Shown here one piece after another: positions 34,171-47,243 of a DNA stretch of 64,000 bases. Each line of letters begins with the position of its first letter. Positions within the stretch are counted from its first letter, which is position 1. Source of the DNA: Amoebidium appalachense (Eukaryota; Protista; Ichthyosporea); assembly GCA_963693365.1 (NCBI GenBank), contig CAVNZM010000001.1, positions 20,840,125 to 20,904,124 on the forward strand, read 5' to 3'. Under the pieces are notes generated by a model. The model worked only from the letters and a program-made list of their open reading frames with translations. It did no database searches and was not told the origin of the DNA. Both the position numbers and the translations under genes were made by a program.

Positions 34171-37100
34171 ATGTCGGTAAGTGCTGTGCGCTGAAGAACC
34201 ATAGGCCCAACACTAGGCCCCCAGACTTGAGTTTAGAACCTATTTTTGCAGAGCTCTTGCGGGTTCGCGGCCGTGAGCCCTCTTTTCGGCTTCTCATGTT
34301 CCACACCACACCCGTTTCCGCTACCCCCCTTAAACCCCTCTCCCGCCACCTCCCCCAACTTCCTACCCCCGCCTAACCTTCTCTCATTCCGTCACTTTCA
34401 TCACCCTCTACCACCCTCCCCCCCCCCCCCCCCCCCCCCCCAGGCGCCTCCCACCCCACCTGCCTCTCAACCCCCTTGGACCACCCACCATAACGATCCC
34501 ATCCCCCCCCCCCCCCCCCCCACCCCACCACGCCCCCCACCCTTTCATCCCCATATCCACTCTTCCCCCCCCCCCTCCCCCCCCCCCTTTCCTTCCACAC
34601 ACATACACACACACACCGCGCTGGCAGTTCAGCCAGTGGCTCGCATCACCCTCGCCACACCAAACTTGCTCCCCACAGCCCCTCCTCCACCTCCCCCCCC
34701 CCCCCCCCCCCCCCCCCCCTCCTCCCCCCCCTCCCCACCTTCCTTCTTCGATCCGTGCGTCTCTCCCCCCCCCCCCCCCCCCCTCTTCCCCGTTGTTTTT
34801 ACAGTGCTGGGCCATCATGCTCACTGCTGTGCGTATACAGGTTGTGGCGTCCACGTTCCAGGGCATTGTGCGGGCGCACGCGGCGCGACAGCTGGTGCCC
34901 AGTGCCCAGTTTGCAGCCCGGGCAGCCTACAGCCACCTGGTGGCTTCTAGAAGTGACCGCCACGTGGCGGCTCTCTACCGCAGCGTCACAAAGGACCTGC
35001 CGGGCCCCGTGCAGTCGAAGATGCAGGTGGGTGCACGTGCAAGGGGGTGTAGGCATGTTTTTTGGTGTGTATGCTAAGCGTTGGGGCTGGTTTCGCATTG
35101 AGGACGGAGAGGATGTGCGTGTGTGGGGTGGGGGGGGTGATGGGGGATGGGGGAAGAGGAGGGGAGAATGGAGAGGGACCTTTCATGGGAGCAACCCCGG
35201 GTACTAAGGGCGTGGTTGGACTCCTGCACCTACCTCCTGTTCTTCTCTCCTGCCCCCTCCCCACGGGCTCGTTCCCCCCCTTCCCCCTTCCCCCCCTTCC
35301 TCGCGGCACCTCCCCCCCCTCCCGGAAAACAGAACAATCTTCAATGGGTGTGGCGGAGAGGGGGGAAAGGTTTGCAAAGACGGAGGAGAGGGATAGGATA
35401 ATGCCTCCGACATTTCCTCGGGGAAGGGGGGGGGGGGGGGGGGTGCAAAATACTCCAAAGGGGATCGACAGACACGTTAAGTTGCAGTGGTGTCGATATG
35501 GGTGGGATGCTGTTAGGACATGCGAGACCAGGGGAGTGTGGCTGTGCCCTTGAGAGGACCAACTCCCAACCACGGTTGTGTGTGTGTTGGGGGGGGGGGG
35601 GGGGGGGAAGAGGGGGGGATTGAGATTGTTCAGGAGGTGGACCGTTGGCACAGCGTACCCATGTCTGCAGGGACATGCCCCCCCCCCCACACACACACAC
35701 ACACACACGCACACGCCAGGCCTTCCGGGGCCTTTCCTCCTCTCTCCTGGTCCCATACCTGTTTGAACGGGATCTCCTTTCCCCTTCTTTCTACGCACAT
35801 GCACACTCCCACACATGCCTGCACTCACACACACACACGTACACCCATGCATCCACACAGAACACACACATACCCCCCCCCCCCCCTCCCCCAAAAGGTG
35901 AATAGGTCGAAACTCGGGTACTGTGGATGACGTGGGCCCCCCCTGAGGATGGGCTCTGCTTACTATGCTTACTCTTTATGTATGGGTTGCATTCTGCATC
36001 GTGTTATCCGTTTGTTCTTGTGTACTTCGTACTTTTTGACACATTCAAACCCCCCCCCCTCCCCCTCCCCCCCCCCCCCCCCCCCCAAAACACACACACC
36101 TTGCAAATACTAGTGACTCTCAGCACCCTTTCCATCCACATAGGCCCTGACTGCTGTGTGCAGGTGCGGCACATGAGTGTGTTCCAGGAGTTTCTCAACA
36201 ACGTCAAGAAGGGCTTTGAGGGGTCCAAGGAGCTCAAGGAGAGTGTGGACAAGGTGAAGGCGGCAGAGAAGAAGGTGGAAGATGCGGAGGCACTGAGGAG
36301 GGCTAAGGAGGCCATGGATAAGACGAAGGAGACACTGGATAAGACAAAGGTGTGTGTGTGTGGGAAGGGGGGGGGGGGGGGGGGGGGGGGGATCTGGCAA
36401 GGTGTGAGGTGGGTGGGGGGAGGGGGGGGTTTACAGGGTTCATGGGTAGGAGAGTAACAGGGTGGTGGGGGGGGGGGGGGGGGGGGTTTCCTGACAAAGT
36501 GTGGGTGAGGAACGGGGGGGGGGGGGGGATTATGAGAAGGGGTGGGGTGGAAGAGGGTCCGGAGGGGGGGGGGGGGGGGGTGGCTGCTAGGGTGGGCGAG
36601 CTAGGTAGTGGGTATCATGTGGTACTTGGTGTCGTAGATCGCTGGGGAAATGAGAGTGCGAAGTGTGAGGGGGGAGGGGGGGGGAGGGGGGAGAGGCATG
36701 CTGTCAGTTGCAGTGTAAGAGGAGGGTGGGAAGTGTTGATCTGGGCGGGTGGGATTTCATGGGAATCGGGGGAGGTGTGTGTGCGGGGAGGGGGGGGAGG
36801 GGGCTGGCTGCACTACAGAATGACATGTGCAGTGTTGCATACATCCTGTACTACTGCACACCCACACACACGTCCAAGGGGCACACACATGCATGAGCGT
36901 GTGCGCACACACCACACACACAATGCACATACACGCACAGCCACACTTCGAACATGCCATCGGATGCAACCTATAACGCGCCAGTAAAGATTATAATATG
37001 CATGTTCATGCACGCACACACCTACTCCACCCATCCCCCCTCCCTGCTTATTATGCATACTCTTTATGTATGGCTTGCATTCTGCATCGTGTTATCCGTT

Positions 37101-37389
37101 TGTTCTTGTGTACTTCGTACTTTTTGACGCATTCAAAACCCCCCCCCTCCCCCCCCCTTCTTGGATGCTTTTCTTCCCCTCCGTCCACTGGTCGTTCCAC
37201 GTCTCACGGGGCAACGACACAGCCTTGTGCATGACCAGACACACACACACAGGCACCCAGACACATGCACACACATATACACACGGGTTAGCACGCACAA
37301 GACACTGTTTGCACACACACAGTGTGTGTGCACACAAACACGCTCACGCGTGCTCGCACACACAAATGCACGTTTTAAACGCACGTTTG

Positions 37390-37447
<58 letters not shown>

Positions 37448-40400
37448 CAAACATACTCACGCGCGCACATGACTGCATGCACAGAGTTGGCCCCCATGTA
37501 TGCAGCGTGGGCCAAGTTTTACTGCACTGCATGACAGGCACAGGCACCCGAGATGCATGGTCAAGCACCAACGCACACACACGCACAAACATGCCCCACA
37601 TGCACGTACATGCACACATGCCCTGCACACATGCACAGGCATGCACACACGTGCGGCACACACATGCATACACAGGGCCCACATACATGCACACACACCC
37701 AGCGCACACACCATCCCTCGCACTGCATATCATGACCGACGTGCATGGTTCTATCACCACATGTAGTCTTTCATGCACCCCTCTGACGTCACTGTGTGCA
37801 GGAGGAGGCCGAGAAGGTAGCAGCCAAGGCCAGTGGTCTGCTGTCTGAGCAGTGGGGGCGCATCTCGTCACTGTTTGGCAAGGTGGCTGAGAGCGACGTG
37901 GTGAAGACTACCGCAAAGGTCACAGAGCAGGCATGTTTCATCCCCCCCCCCCTCCCCTGCCCGCCCTCCCTCCCTGCCCCCCTGCTATTCGTTGTTCTTG
38001 TGTACTTCGTACTTAATGACGCATTCAACCCCCCCCCCCCCCTCCCCCCCCCCCCTCGGGGTGCAGCACCCAACCTAATGCCTGCAGTTTAGTTGATGGT
38101 GCAAGGTCCTGCTAAGTGCTGAGTTTCAGGGTGCTAGCGATGCATGCGCATGCCATGCCACAGGTTTGCTTCTTTCCCTCTTTCGTGCTTCGTCAGTGTG
38201 CCTTGGTCACTCCCCCCACCCCTCCCCCTTCCCCCCCCCCCCCCCCCCCCCCCCGGGCCACACGTGGGGGAGGTGGGGTGTGTGTATGTTTGCTGATTGG
38301 GTGGATGTCACGTGCAGGTGGCGCAGGAGGCCAAGAAGACGGCCGAGGAGGTGGAGAAGGAGCTGGGCAAGACCAAGGCCTTCCAGAAGGTCACGGAAAC
38401 AGTCGACGTGCTCAAAAAGGTGCGTGTGGGTGTGTGTATGCATGTGTCTAGGGGGGGGGGGGGGGGGGCATGTGTGTGTGTGTGCCGGGGGGAGTGGGGA
38501 GGGAGGCATCGGTGCATGCCTGCGTGTGTGTCTGAGGCGGGTGGGGGGGGTGGGGGGAGGAAAGGTTGAGCACTTGCATGTTTGTGTGTGTGGGAGGGGG
38601 TAGGGGGGGAGGAGGAATGGGTGCATGCCTGTGTTTGTCTGGGCGCGGAGGGAGGGGAGCGGAAGGGGGACCACACCGGCTGCTGTTACGGCCATGCACC
38701 CATGCACCCATAGTGCGGCACACACCGACACGCATGCATTGCGCATGCCTCCTATATGAACTACAGAAGAGCACACCCTGACACGTGCACACAGGAGCTC
38801 GTAGACGAGAGCATCCTGAGCAGTGCCAAGTACCAACCGTACCGCAAGCCAAGCAAGGAGGAGATGCAGAAGCTGACCCTGGAGAGGGAGAAGCCCGCAG
38901 TCACAATCGAGGAGAACAAGTAGGAGCATGCACATGTGCGGGCACGCACAGGCACAGGCACACACATGCACGGGCACACACAGGCACGGGCACACACAAA
39001 CACAGGCACACACAAACACAGGCACACACAGGCACGGGCACACACAGGCACGGGCACACACCCTAGGCATACACATGCACAGGCCTACACATGCACAGGC
39101 ACTGGCACACACATGCACAGGTACACATGCACAGGCATGCACGTGTACACATCCATGCACACGCACACATGCATAGGCAGAAACAGGCACCTGGTCACAG
39201 GCACCAACACGTAAGTACAGGCACGAACAAGCTCAGGCACACCTGCTCGAGCACATGCTGTGCAGGCACACACATGGACAGGCACGTACCGGCTCACATG
39301 CACGGGCATGTGCATGGCACCGCAAGTATTTATTGAGCCATTTGACCTGTGCGGAATTTAGCAATGTATGTCCTCCCCCCTTCCCCCCCCTGTATTTCTG
39401 CCTTCCCTCGTCTTCTTTACCCCGTGCCTGTGTCTCGAATACAACCTCTAACTCTGTGTTCTTAGTCATGCACAAGTCGTCTAACTCTGTGTTCTTAGTC
39501 ATGCACAAGTCGTCTAACTCTGTGTTCTTAGTCATGCACAAGTCGTCTAACTCTGTGTTCTTAGTCATGCACAAGTCGTCTAACTCTGTGTTCTTAGTCA
39601 TGCACAAGTCGTCTAACTCTGTGTTCTTAGTCATGCACAAGTCGTCTAACTCTGTGTTCTTAGTCATGCACAAGTCGTCTAACTCTGTGTTCTTAGTCAT
39701 GCACAAGTCGTCTAACTCTGTGTTCTTAGTCATGCACAAGTCGTCTAACTCTGTGTTCTTAGTCATGCACAAGTCGTCTAACTCTGTGTTCTTAGTCATG
39801 CACAAGTCGTCTAACTCTGTGTTCTTAGTCATGCACAAGTCGTCTAACTCTGTGTTCTTAGTCATGCACAAGTCGTCTAACTCTGTGTTCTTAGTCATGC
39901 ACAAGTCGTCTAACTCTGTGTTCTTAGTCATGCACAAGTCGTCTAACTCTGTGTTCTTAGTCATGCACAAGTCGTCTAACTCTGTGTTCTTAGTCATGCA
40001 CAAGTCGTCTAACTCTGTGTTCTTAGTCATGCACAAGTCGTCTAACTCTGTGTTCTTAGTCATGCACAAGTCGTCTAACTCTGTGTTCTTAGTCATGCAC
40101 AAGTCGTCTAACTCTGTGTTCTTAGTCATGCACAAGTCGTCTAACTCTGTGTTCTTAGTCATGCACAAGTCGTCTAACTCTGTGTTCTTAGTCATGCACA
40201 AGTCGTCTAACTCTGTGTTCTTAGTCATGCACAAGTCGTCTAACTCTGTGTTCTTAGTCATGCACAAGTCGTCTAACTCTGTGTTCTTAGTCATGCACAA
40301 GTCGTCTAACTCTGTGTTCTTAGTCATGCACAAGTCGTCTAACTCTGTGTTCTTAGTCATGCACAAGTCGTCTAACTCTGTGTTCTTAGTCATGCACAAG

Positions 40401-41266
40401 TCGTCTAACTCTGTGTTCTTAGTCATGCACAAGTCGTCTAACTCTGTGTTCTTAGTCATGCACAAGTCGTCTAACTCTGTGTTCTTAGTCATGCACAAGT
40501 CGTCTAACTCTGTGTTCTTAGTCATGCACAAGTCGTCTAACTCTGTGTTCTTAGTCATGCACAAGTCGTCTAACTCTGTGTTCTTAGTCATGCACAAGTC
40601 GTCTAACTCTGTGTTCTTAGTCATGCACAAGTCGTCTAACTCTGTGTTCTTAGTCATGCACAAGTCGTCTAACTCTGTGTTCTTAGTCATGCACAAGTCG
40701 TCTAACTCTGTGTTCTTAGTCATGCACAAGTCGTCTAACTCTGTGGTCTTAGGGATGCCACGGGCATGGTCATGCACAAGTCGTCGATCTTTGAGCAACG
40801 CTGGAGGGACTTCAAGGACAACAACCAGCTCATCAACAGTATGCTGAACCCCCCCCCCCCCCCCCCCCCCCCCCCGCCCCCACCACCCACCCACCCCCTT
40901 CCCCGCTTTGAGCCCACCGCATTCCACCCACCCACACACGCATATAAGGATGGTAGGCACACAGCAAAGTGTTTGGCTCTTTGCTCCCTGCAATCCTCGA
41001 GCACATCATTGCTAAGACTTTGACTGCTCGTTGACCATTATTCCACGTTCAACAATTCCCCCCCCCCCCCCCCCGCACCTCCTCAGCATGGGTCCATACA
41101 CTGCTTGCAGTATAGTTGTAGGTGGTTGGGCTGTGTGCCGCATCATGAGCAATACCCACCATATCCCTCACGCACACACACTGGCACATGACTCCTCCTC
41201 GGTCGTATTGCTTTCCATTTCCTCTCCTAGGCACCACCACAACCCCCACCACCCAAAACCACACAC

Positions 41267-41337
<71 letters not shown>

Positions 41338-41534
41338 GTCTGGCATAGTGTTTGTCGTGGTTGCACCTGCCCGTGGCTGTGCTAAGAACGATGTGTGCAT
41401 GCTGACGCATGGGTGTGCAGGGGCATTTGAGTGGAAGATGTACTACGATGAGAGCGACAACATCTTCATCCGCAGCATGCGCTCAATCACGGACAAGATC
41501 TCGGAGGGACTCGGTAGGTTGTGTGTTTTTTGTT

Positions 41535-41578
<44 letters not shown>

Positions 41579-43082
41579 GTTGTGGCAGGGCAAGGGGCAT
41601 GCTGGGAAAGGGGGTGGGAGGGGGGGTTTGGTTTAAATAGTAGAACTGAGAGTGTCTTATATAAGCGTGCTGCCTCAATACGTAGTGCTTTTTCGTGGAG
41701 TTCTCTGATTGGTTGCAGTAAATGGCGCAATGTGTTATTGACCTCGATGGACCAATTACACGGAGAGAGTGACATTGCGCGCCGCAACACACCATGGGCT
41801 TGGTGCATGTTTGGAGTCAGCACAGGTGTGATTAGCCATAAAAGGTTACTGACGGTGGGCTGTGATAGGGTCGATGTTCAAGGAGAGCGAGCTGATGACG
41901 GTGATGAAAGAGATCAGAAAGTACGACCCCAGCTTCGACAAGGAGGATTTTATCGAGGTAGGCCCTGCTTTCGTGGGCCCCCCCGAAAGCATTCTATCCA
42001 TTCCTTCCTCGACAATCACATGCTGTGCCCACAGGTACTGTGGTGATGTCCGTCCATACTTGGCATATATCCCACCTTCCATATATGGTGCTAACCCCAT
42101 CACCCCCAGCATGCGCACAAGACGCTGATCCCTGTGCTGCTGGAGTCCTACCTCAGTGCCGACCTCAAGACCCTCGAGAAGTGGTGCTCAGAGGCCGTAC
42201 GTCAATAATCCCCCCCCCCCCCCCCCCCCCCCCCTCCCCCCTCTCTCTCTCTCCCCCTCCCCCTCCTCCTCTCCCTCACATACAGTTAACGACAGGGGGG
42301 GCCTTTGAGAATGGATTCTGCTTATGTTCACACTACGTGATGATAGTGTTGCATACTTACATGTTTGGTTGTAAATGTGTCTTTGTAGTTGTACTTGCTA
42401 TCGTGTTCGGCATAACAACCCCACAACCACCACCACTACCACCACCTCCTCCTCCCTTCCCCCTCCCCACCCCACTCTTTCCGCATGCACCCACCCAGCA
42501 CATGTGCTAGATACACGCCATGTGTGTGCCTCCTTCCATGTGCGTGTGTTGCCCACCCAGTTCGGACTAAGAGGAGCAATGCAACTGCCTAATTAGTGTG
42601 GTGCCATCTCTCCATTCCTTCTGCCCCCACTGACCGACCTACCCCTTTTACACCCTTCAGACCTACAACGTGCTGTGTGCCAACCTCAAGCAACACACAG
42701 ACATGGGCCTCAAGACCGACTATAAGATCCTGGACATCCGTGACGTGGATGTATGCCCCCCCCCCCCCCCCCCCCCCCCACCCCTTGGCACTTTATGTGT
42801 GGTTTGTACTCTGCCTTGTATTGTTCGTAGTGGATATTTCGTACCCTGATGATGCATTAGCTAGACCCCTACTGCACTTTCTAGTGACGGTTGGTGGTTG
42901 CATGGTGGGGCAGTGTTGGTGTGGTAGAGGTGCAGGCCACAGTGTGCCCGGCAGTTGGGTTGTGACAAAATGGTTAGCCACAGCATCAGCCCACAGCCAG
43001 AGAGCTCGTGTTCGTCGTTTTTGGCTTTTCCCACTATAGAACTTTTTGTGTGTGCGTGTGTGTGTGGTAGTGGTGGTCCCCG

Positions 43083-43115
<33 letters not shown>

Positions 43116-43915
43116 GGGGTAGCACTTGTCCGTACGTGTTTTTACATGGGTACGGTGACAGGACTGACACACCTACCCCTACAGGTGTTCAATGCGCTGA
43201 TGACGGAGCACGGGCCCGTGCTGACGGTGACGTGCATGGTGCAGCAGATCATGGTCAGCAGAAACATGAAGGGCGAGATTGTCGAGGGTGACCCGGTATG
43301 TGATGCATGCACTGATAGAAACCCATGAGAGACGTGTATGGTCTGTCGATAGGGCTTTTGGACATGCATGTGTGTTCTGCCCATGCATTGACCTTTTTTG
43401 CACGTGTGCAATTACACGCGTGAAGTCCACGTGCCCCCCCCCCCCCCCCCCCCCCCCTCCCCCCCCCCCCTCTCGCTCTCTTCCTCTCCATCTCCCTCCC
43501 TCTCTCTCTCTCTCTCCTCTCTTCCCCCCCGCCCCCCTCTCGCTCTCTCCCTCTCCCTCTCCCTCCCTCTCTCTCCCTCTCTCCCTCTTCCCCCCCCCCC
43601 CCTCCCCCCCCAGCTCAAACGGGCCCCTATCTGTTCCAAGTCAAATACACTGCATAAGCCTGGCGAGTCTGCAGGGAGTGCACAGTGTATACGAGATTGT
43701 CTATCCCAAGACCAACCAGAAAAAACACATTGGGGAAACAGGGTGACCTCTACCACATGCACTGATCCTCGTTCTTATCATATCAGGACAATATTGAGGA
43801 TGTGCTATATGCGTTTGCTTTCTGCCGGGAGGAGGACCCCACAGTGCCGCTCGGCACCAAGGCCGCATGGAAGGTCATGGACTTTGCCGTCCATCTGCGC
43901 CGCCCAACATGGTAA
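34171..43915 (+). CDS. TIM44: Mitochondrial import inner membrane translocase subunit Tim44, 13 exons
   Basis: Exons: 34171-34176 (ATG TCG|GTAAGT; an alternative in-frame ATG lies at 34817), 34841-35026, 36164-36349, 37802-37930, 38318-38419, 38795-38919, 40753-40838, 41421-41513, 41869-41957, 42110-42196, 42661-42750, 43185-43295, 43787-43915. R/A/S-rich presequence. Motifs DATGMVMHKSS, WRDFKDNN, YDESDNIFIR, EIRKYDPSFD, LEKWCSEATYN, KILDIRDVD, GPVLTVT, GEIVEGDP. Confidence 0.95.
35957..36049 (+). repeat. Dispersed ~95-bp intronic element ending in poly-C, copy A
   Basis: Near-identical to 37045-37138; its 3' half matches 37983-38028. Confidence 0.85.
37045..37138 (+). repeat. Dispersed ~95-bp intronic element ending in poly-C, copy B
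   Basis: TGCTTATTATGCATACTCTTTATGTATGGCTTGCATTCTGCATCGTGTTATCCGTTTGTTCTTGTGTACTTCGTACTTTTTGACGCATTCAAAA followed by a C-run. Confidence 0.85.
37983..38028 (+). repeat. Truncated copy C of the same dispersed element
   Basis: TTGTTCTTGTGTACTTCGTACTT..TGACGCATTCAA between two C-runs. Confidence 0.75.
39447..40733 (+). repeat. 39 perfect copies of a 33-bp unit derived from the Tim44 exon 7 acceptor and exon sequence
   Basis: Unit TCTAACTCTGTGTTCTTAG-TCATGCACAAGTCG; 1287 bp = 39 x 33. It is followed directly by the true acceptor TCTAACTCTGTGGTCTTAG (40734-40752). Confidence 0.97.
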
Positions 43916-44006
43916 CCAATCTCTGCGTCTGGTTGGCTGACACGGTAACCTGTCTGCATTTCTGATTGGTCTACAAGGTTACCTATCTGCGTTTTTGATT
44001 GGTGTG
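43911..44006 (+). repeat. Three degenerate 33-bp copies starting at the Tim44 stop codon
   Basis: GGT(A/T)ACC..TCTGC.T..TG(A/G)TTGG units start at 43911, 43944 and 43977. Confidence 0.7.
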
Positions 44007-45181
44007 TTTTAGTTTGGTCTCGGTGCTGGCGCCGAGGCAAAAGGGTGTTGGAATGGGCACGGCGGGCCGTTGCTCATTTTTTTGCTTTGGTTTGGCTTGA
44101 ATCTGTCTGTGTCCCTCACTAGTAGCTGTTAATGTTGATTCGAAAGACATGCATGTGAAATAATAACTCGTAGCCACAGACATGTACACAATCCGTGTAT
44201 GCAACACGCAACACCACACATCACACTACATAGCACATACACACAGGACACACGATCAATTTTCTATGAAGGGTTACCGTATTAGGTGGGGTTTGGGGGG
44301 AGGGATAAGCGATGAAGGCTTCATGCAAGGCGGCCACTTAGGCCTTGAATGACGTGACTTTTGGCCAATAGAAACACAGCCCTGGCGCTGTTGGCATGCT
44401 GGGCATGCCTCATGTTGATTGGCTGGCTACGTGCACTCAATCTGAAGCAGCCTGGCCCCCACTCCACACACACACAGACACTCTCTCTCTCACAGACATA
44501 CAGAAATGCACACCATGTGACACAAACACATCCCCCACACTCTCCCCCCTCCCCCCAACCCTGCCACCACCACCACCCGGTGCGCACACAAGTCGCATGG
44601 CCGGCCTGACTACTGCATACTCTGTCACATGCACGAAACATATGGATACACACGAGCGAGGGCCACACAAATGCATCATGGCACACGAAGAACAGCGGGC
44701 ACCAAAGAAACTTCTGTACACACGTGACTGTGCCATCCATCATGCTCATGTGATGAGGATACCCACATGTGTACACAGGCCACCACTGGGTACCGTCCCA
44801 GCCTATCATGACGTGTGCCAGCAAATGCATGTGCTCCAAGCGCAGTGCCCGCACACACAGTGACTGCGGCACCTTGCATGTAGTCCCTGACGGGCAGGCA
44901 AGCGGGTGGGCATAGGCATGCAGGCGGGGGGTCGAATAGGAGGTGGAGGTGGAGGCCTTCCAGCAGCTGGGAGGGGGGGGGGGGGGGGGAGGGGGGAGGG
45001 GGGGGGAGAAGGGAAGGGGCTCAATTGCCCGAACCCATCACTGCATGCCGTGTTCGAGGTCACAAGGATCTAAATATTGGTACGTGTACATCACGTATTT
45101 TCTTAGTAGTCTAGGGGGTACTGGTGTTCAAGGCAGCTTTCCTAACTATTAGTACTTGCAGTGATTTGGGCAAACATGCCC

Positions 45182-45216
<35 letters not shown>

Positions 45217-45402
45217 ACACACACACACAAAATGAAAGGCCTCCACCCTCAGCTCTCATTTGGCCTGCTTTCCCGCCCGGCCTAAAGCAGCCCAATCGTG
45301 CTCGACAAGGCTTACCACTGTCACCGTGGCTGCTTTTCATTATATTTTTTTTTTGTTTTGTTTGTTTGTTTGTTTGGTTGTTGGCCGAGGTCGAGGAAGG
45401 GC

Positions 45403-45448
<46 letters not shown>

Positions 45449-45467
45449 GAGCGAGAGAGAGAGAGAG

Positions 45468-45543
<76 letters not shown>

Positions 45544-46425
45544 AGAGGGGGAGGGGAGGGGGGGAGGGGGGGGGGGGGGCACGCAGTGGCCACGGCCAGA
45601 CTGGATGCTTTGATAAAACCTGCATGACGAAGGCAATTTATTAATCATTTCATTAAGAACTACCAATTGCACATGTAAAGCCAACAGTGGCTGTTCAGTG
45701 CAACGTTCCGAATTCGAATCTAGAGACGGAGGGGAGGGGGAGGGTTAGATCACGCCCTTGAATGTGCTATAGAGGACGAAGAACACGTGCATAACGGACA
45801 GCCCTAAAGAGAGTGCAAACCGCACAGAGTATTTGGGGGGGGGGGGGGGGGGGGGGGTCAATGAGGTAGATGATTGGCCATAAGATGGGTCACGGTACAC
45901 ACGTGTGCAGCTGAAAAGCACAGTACTGCATGCATGTAAACATGCACACGCATGCAAGGAAGCTCCAATATCCCAACATTGACCGCCTAAACCCAACCAG
46001 TATTTAATAAGGCCCCGGATAAGCAATGCATGGGGAGTAATATTATGTAGTTTATGAGACGGGGTTCGATATCATTGCGCTTCAAGTTTTTTCCACCCCC
46101 TCCGCCGGCGTCAAATAAAACAGCCTATCTGTGAACCTTAACATCCTGATATTCTTATGGACTCGTACTCAGTGAATTAAGTGTGGGCAAAACGGTGCAC
46201 CACCACCGGGCAATTAGCACTGTACAGGAGCAAGTGTGTGTATGCATATGTATGTGTGTAATTTGAGGAGGGGAGGAGGGGGAGGGGGCAGGAATACCCA
46301 ATAATTATTGACAAGTTCATGTCTATGGACCCAAATTCACGGCCTGCAGCATTTTCCAGGACAGCCAATGAGAACCAGCCAGAAACGCGCAAGTGTGTGG
46401 TTTTTTTCTTTTCTTTTTTTTTTTT

Positions 46426-46456
<31 letters not shown>

Positions 46457-46610
46457 GGGGCTGGGATGCTCTGGGTTCAAATCTAGTGGTGGTTTCTGCG
46501 ACAGGGTCAGACCGTGTGGTGGGGCAGAAGAGTGCTTTGTGGTGTTTTGCTTGAGCGCTAATATAACATAGCACATTCTTAGAAGAGGGATGGGGGACGG
46601 GTGTGTATGT

Positions 46611-46641
<31 letters not shown>

Positions 46642-47243
46642 GGAGGGGTAAATTTCCTCTGTCGCATGATACGAGGAATAGTTTGTAAATTTACTTCGAC
46701 ATATTCTGGACGGTGCACTGGCTGTTACAAAAACGATACGAGTATCATAAGGGCACATTTAGTTGAAGTCCAAGGAGGAACTGGTTAGACAATTATGCTA
46801 CAGTAACTAACAGAACTTGTGTTGGTGGTCAAGAAAAAATATGTGTGCTCTTTTGTGTACCTGTGTGTGTATGCATACTGTGGGAGTGAGTGCACGGGTG
46901 TACCTTGGCTTGCACACATTCGCAACTACGACATATTCCCTAGAAAACTGGCTGATCTGTTACTGCTAACAAACACTTATTTGCTTTAGGTTGAGTATTT
47001 ATGTGTGATATCTCTTCATCTCTCTCTTGGTTTGTGTGTGTGTGTGGTTACGATTGCAGGTGTGTCGGGTAACCTCTTACACACGATTAAAAAAAAAAAA
47101 TCCAGATATATATTTGCCTAGTGCGTAGTGTCGAAGACACTCTTGACATTCACACCACAAAAGGGTTTCCGTTACTCGCTATCCCCAGGTTTGCACTAGC
47201 AAACACCAGAAGTATACCAACACGGTCGTTTGAACATCAACAT

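Noticed and set aside
39447-40733. CRISPR array (33-bp repeats); likewise 12061-12263
   Set aside because: Units are head-to-tail with no unique spacers, there are no cas genes, and the context is a eukaryotic intron.
39233-40993. 586-aa (-) and 530-aa (+) repeat-protein ORFs (MTKNTELDDLC / SSNSVFLVMHK)
   Set aside because: These arise because a 33-bp unit lacks stops in some frames. The array lies inside a Tim44 intron and the + ORF runs out of frame with the true exon.
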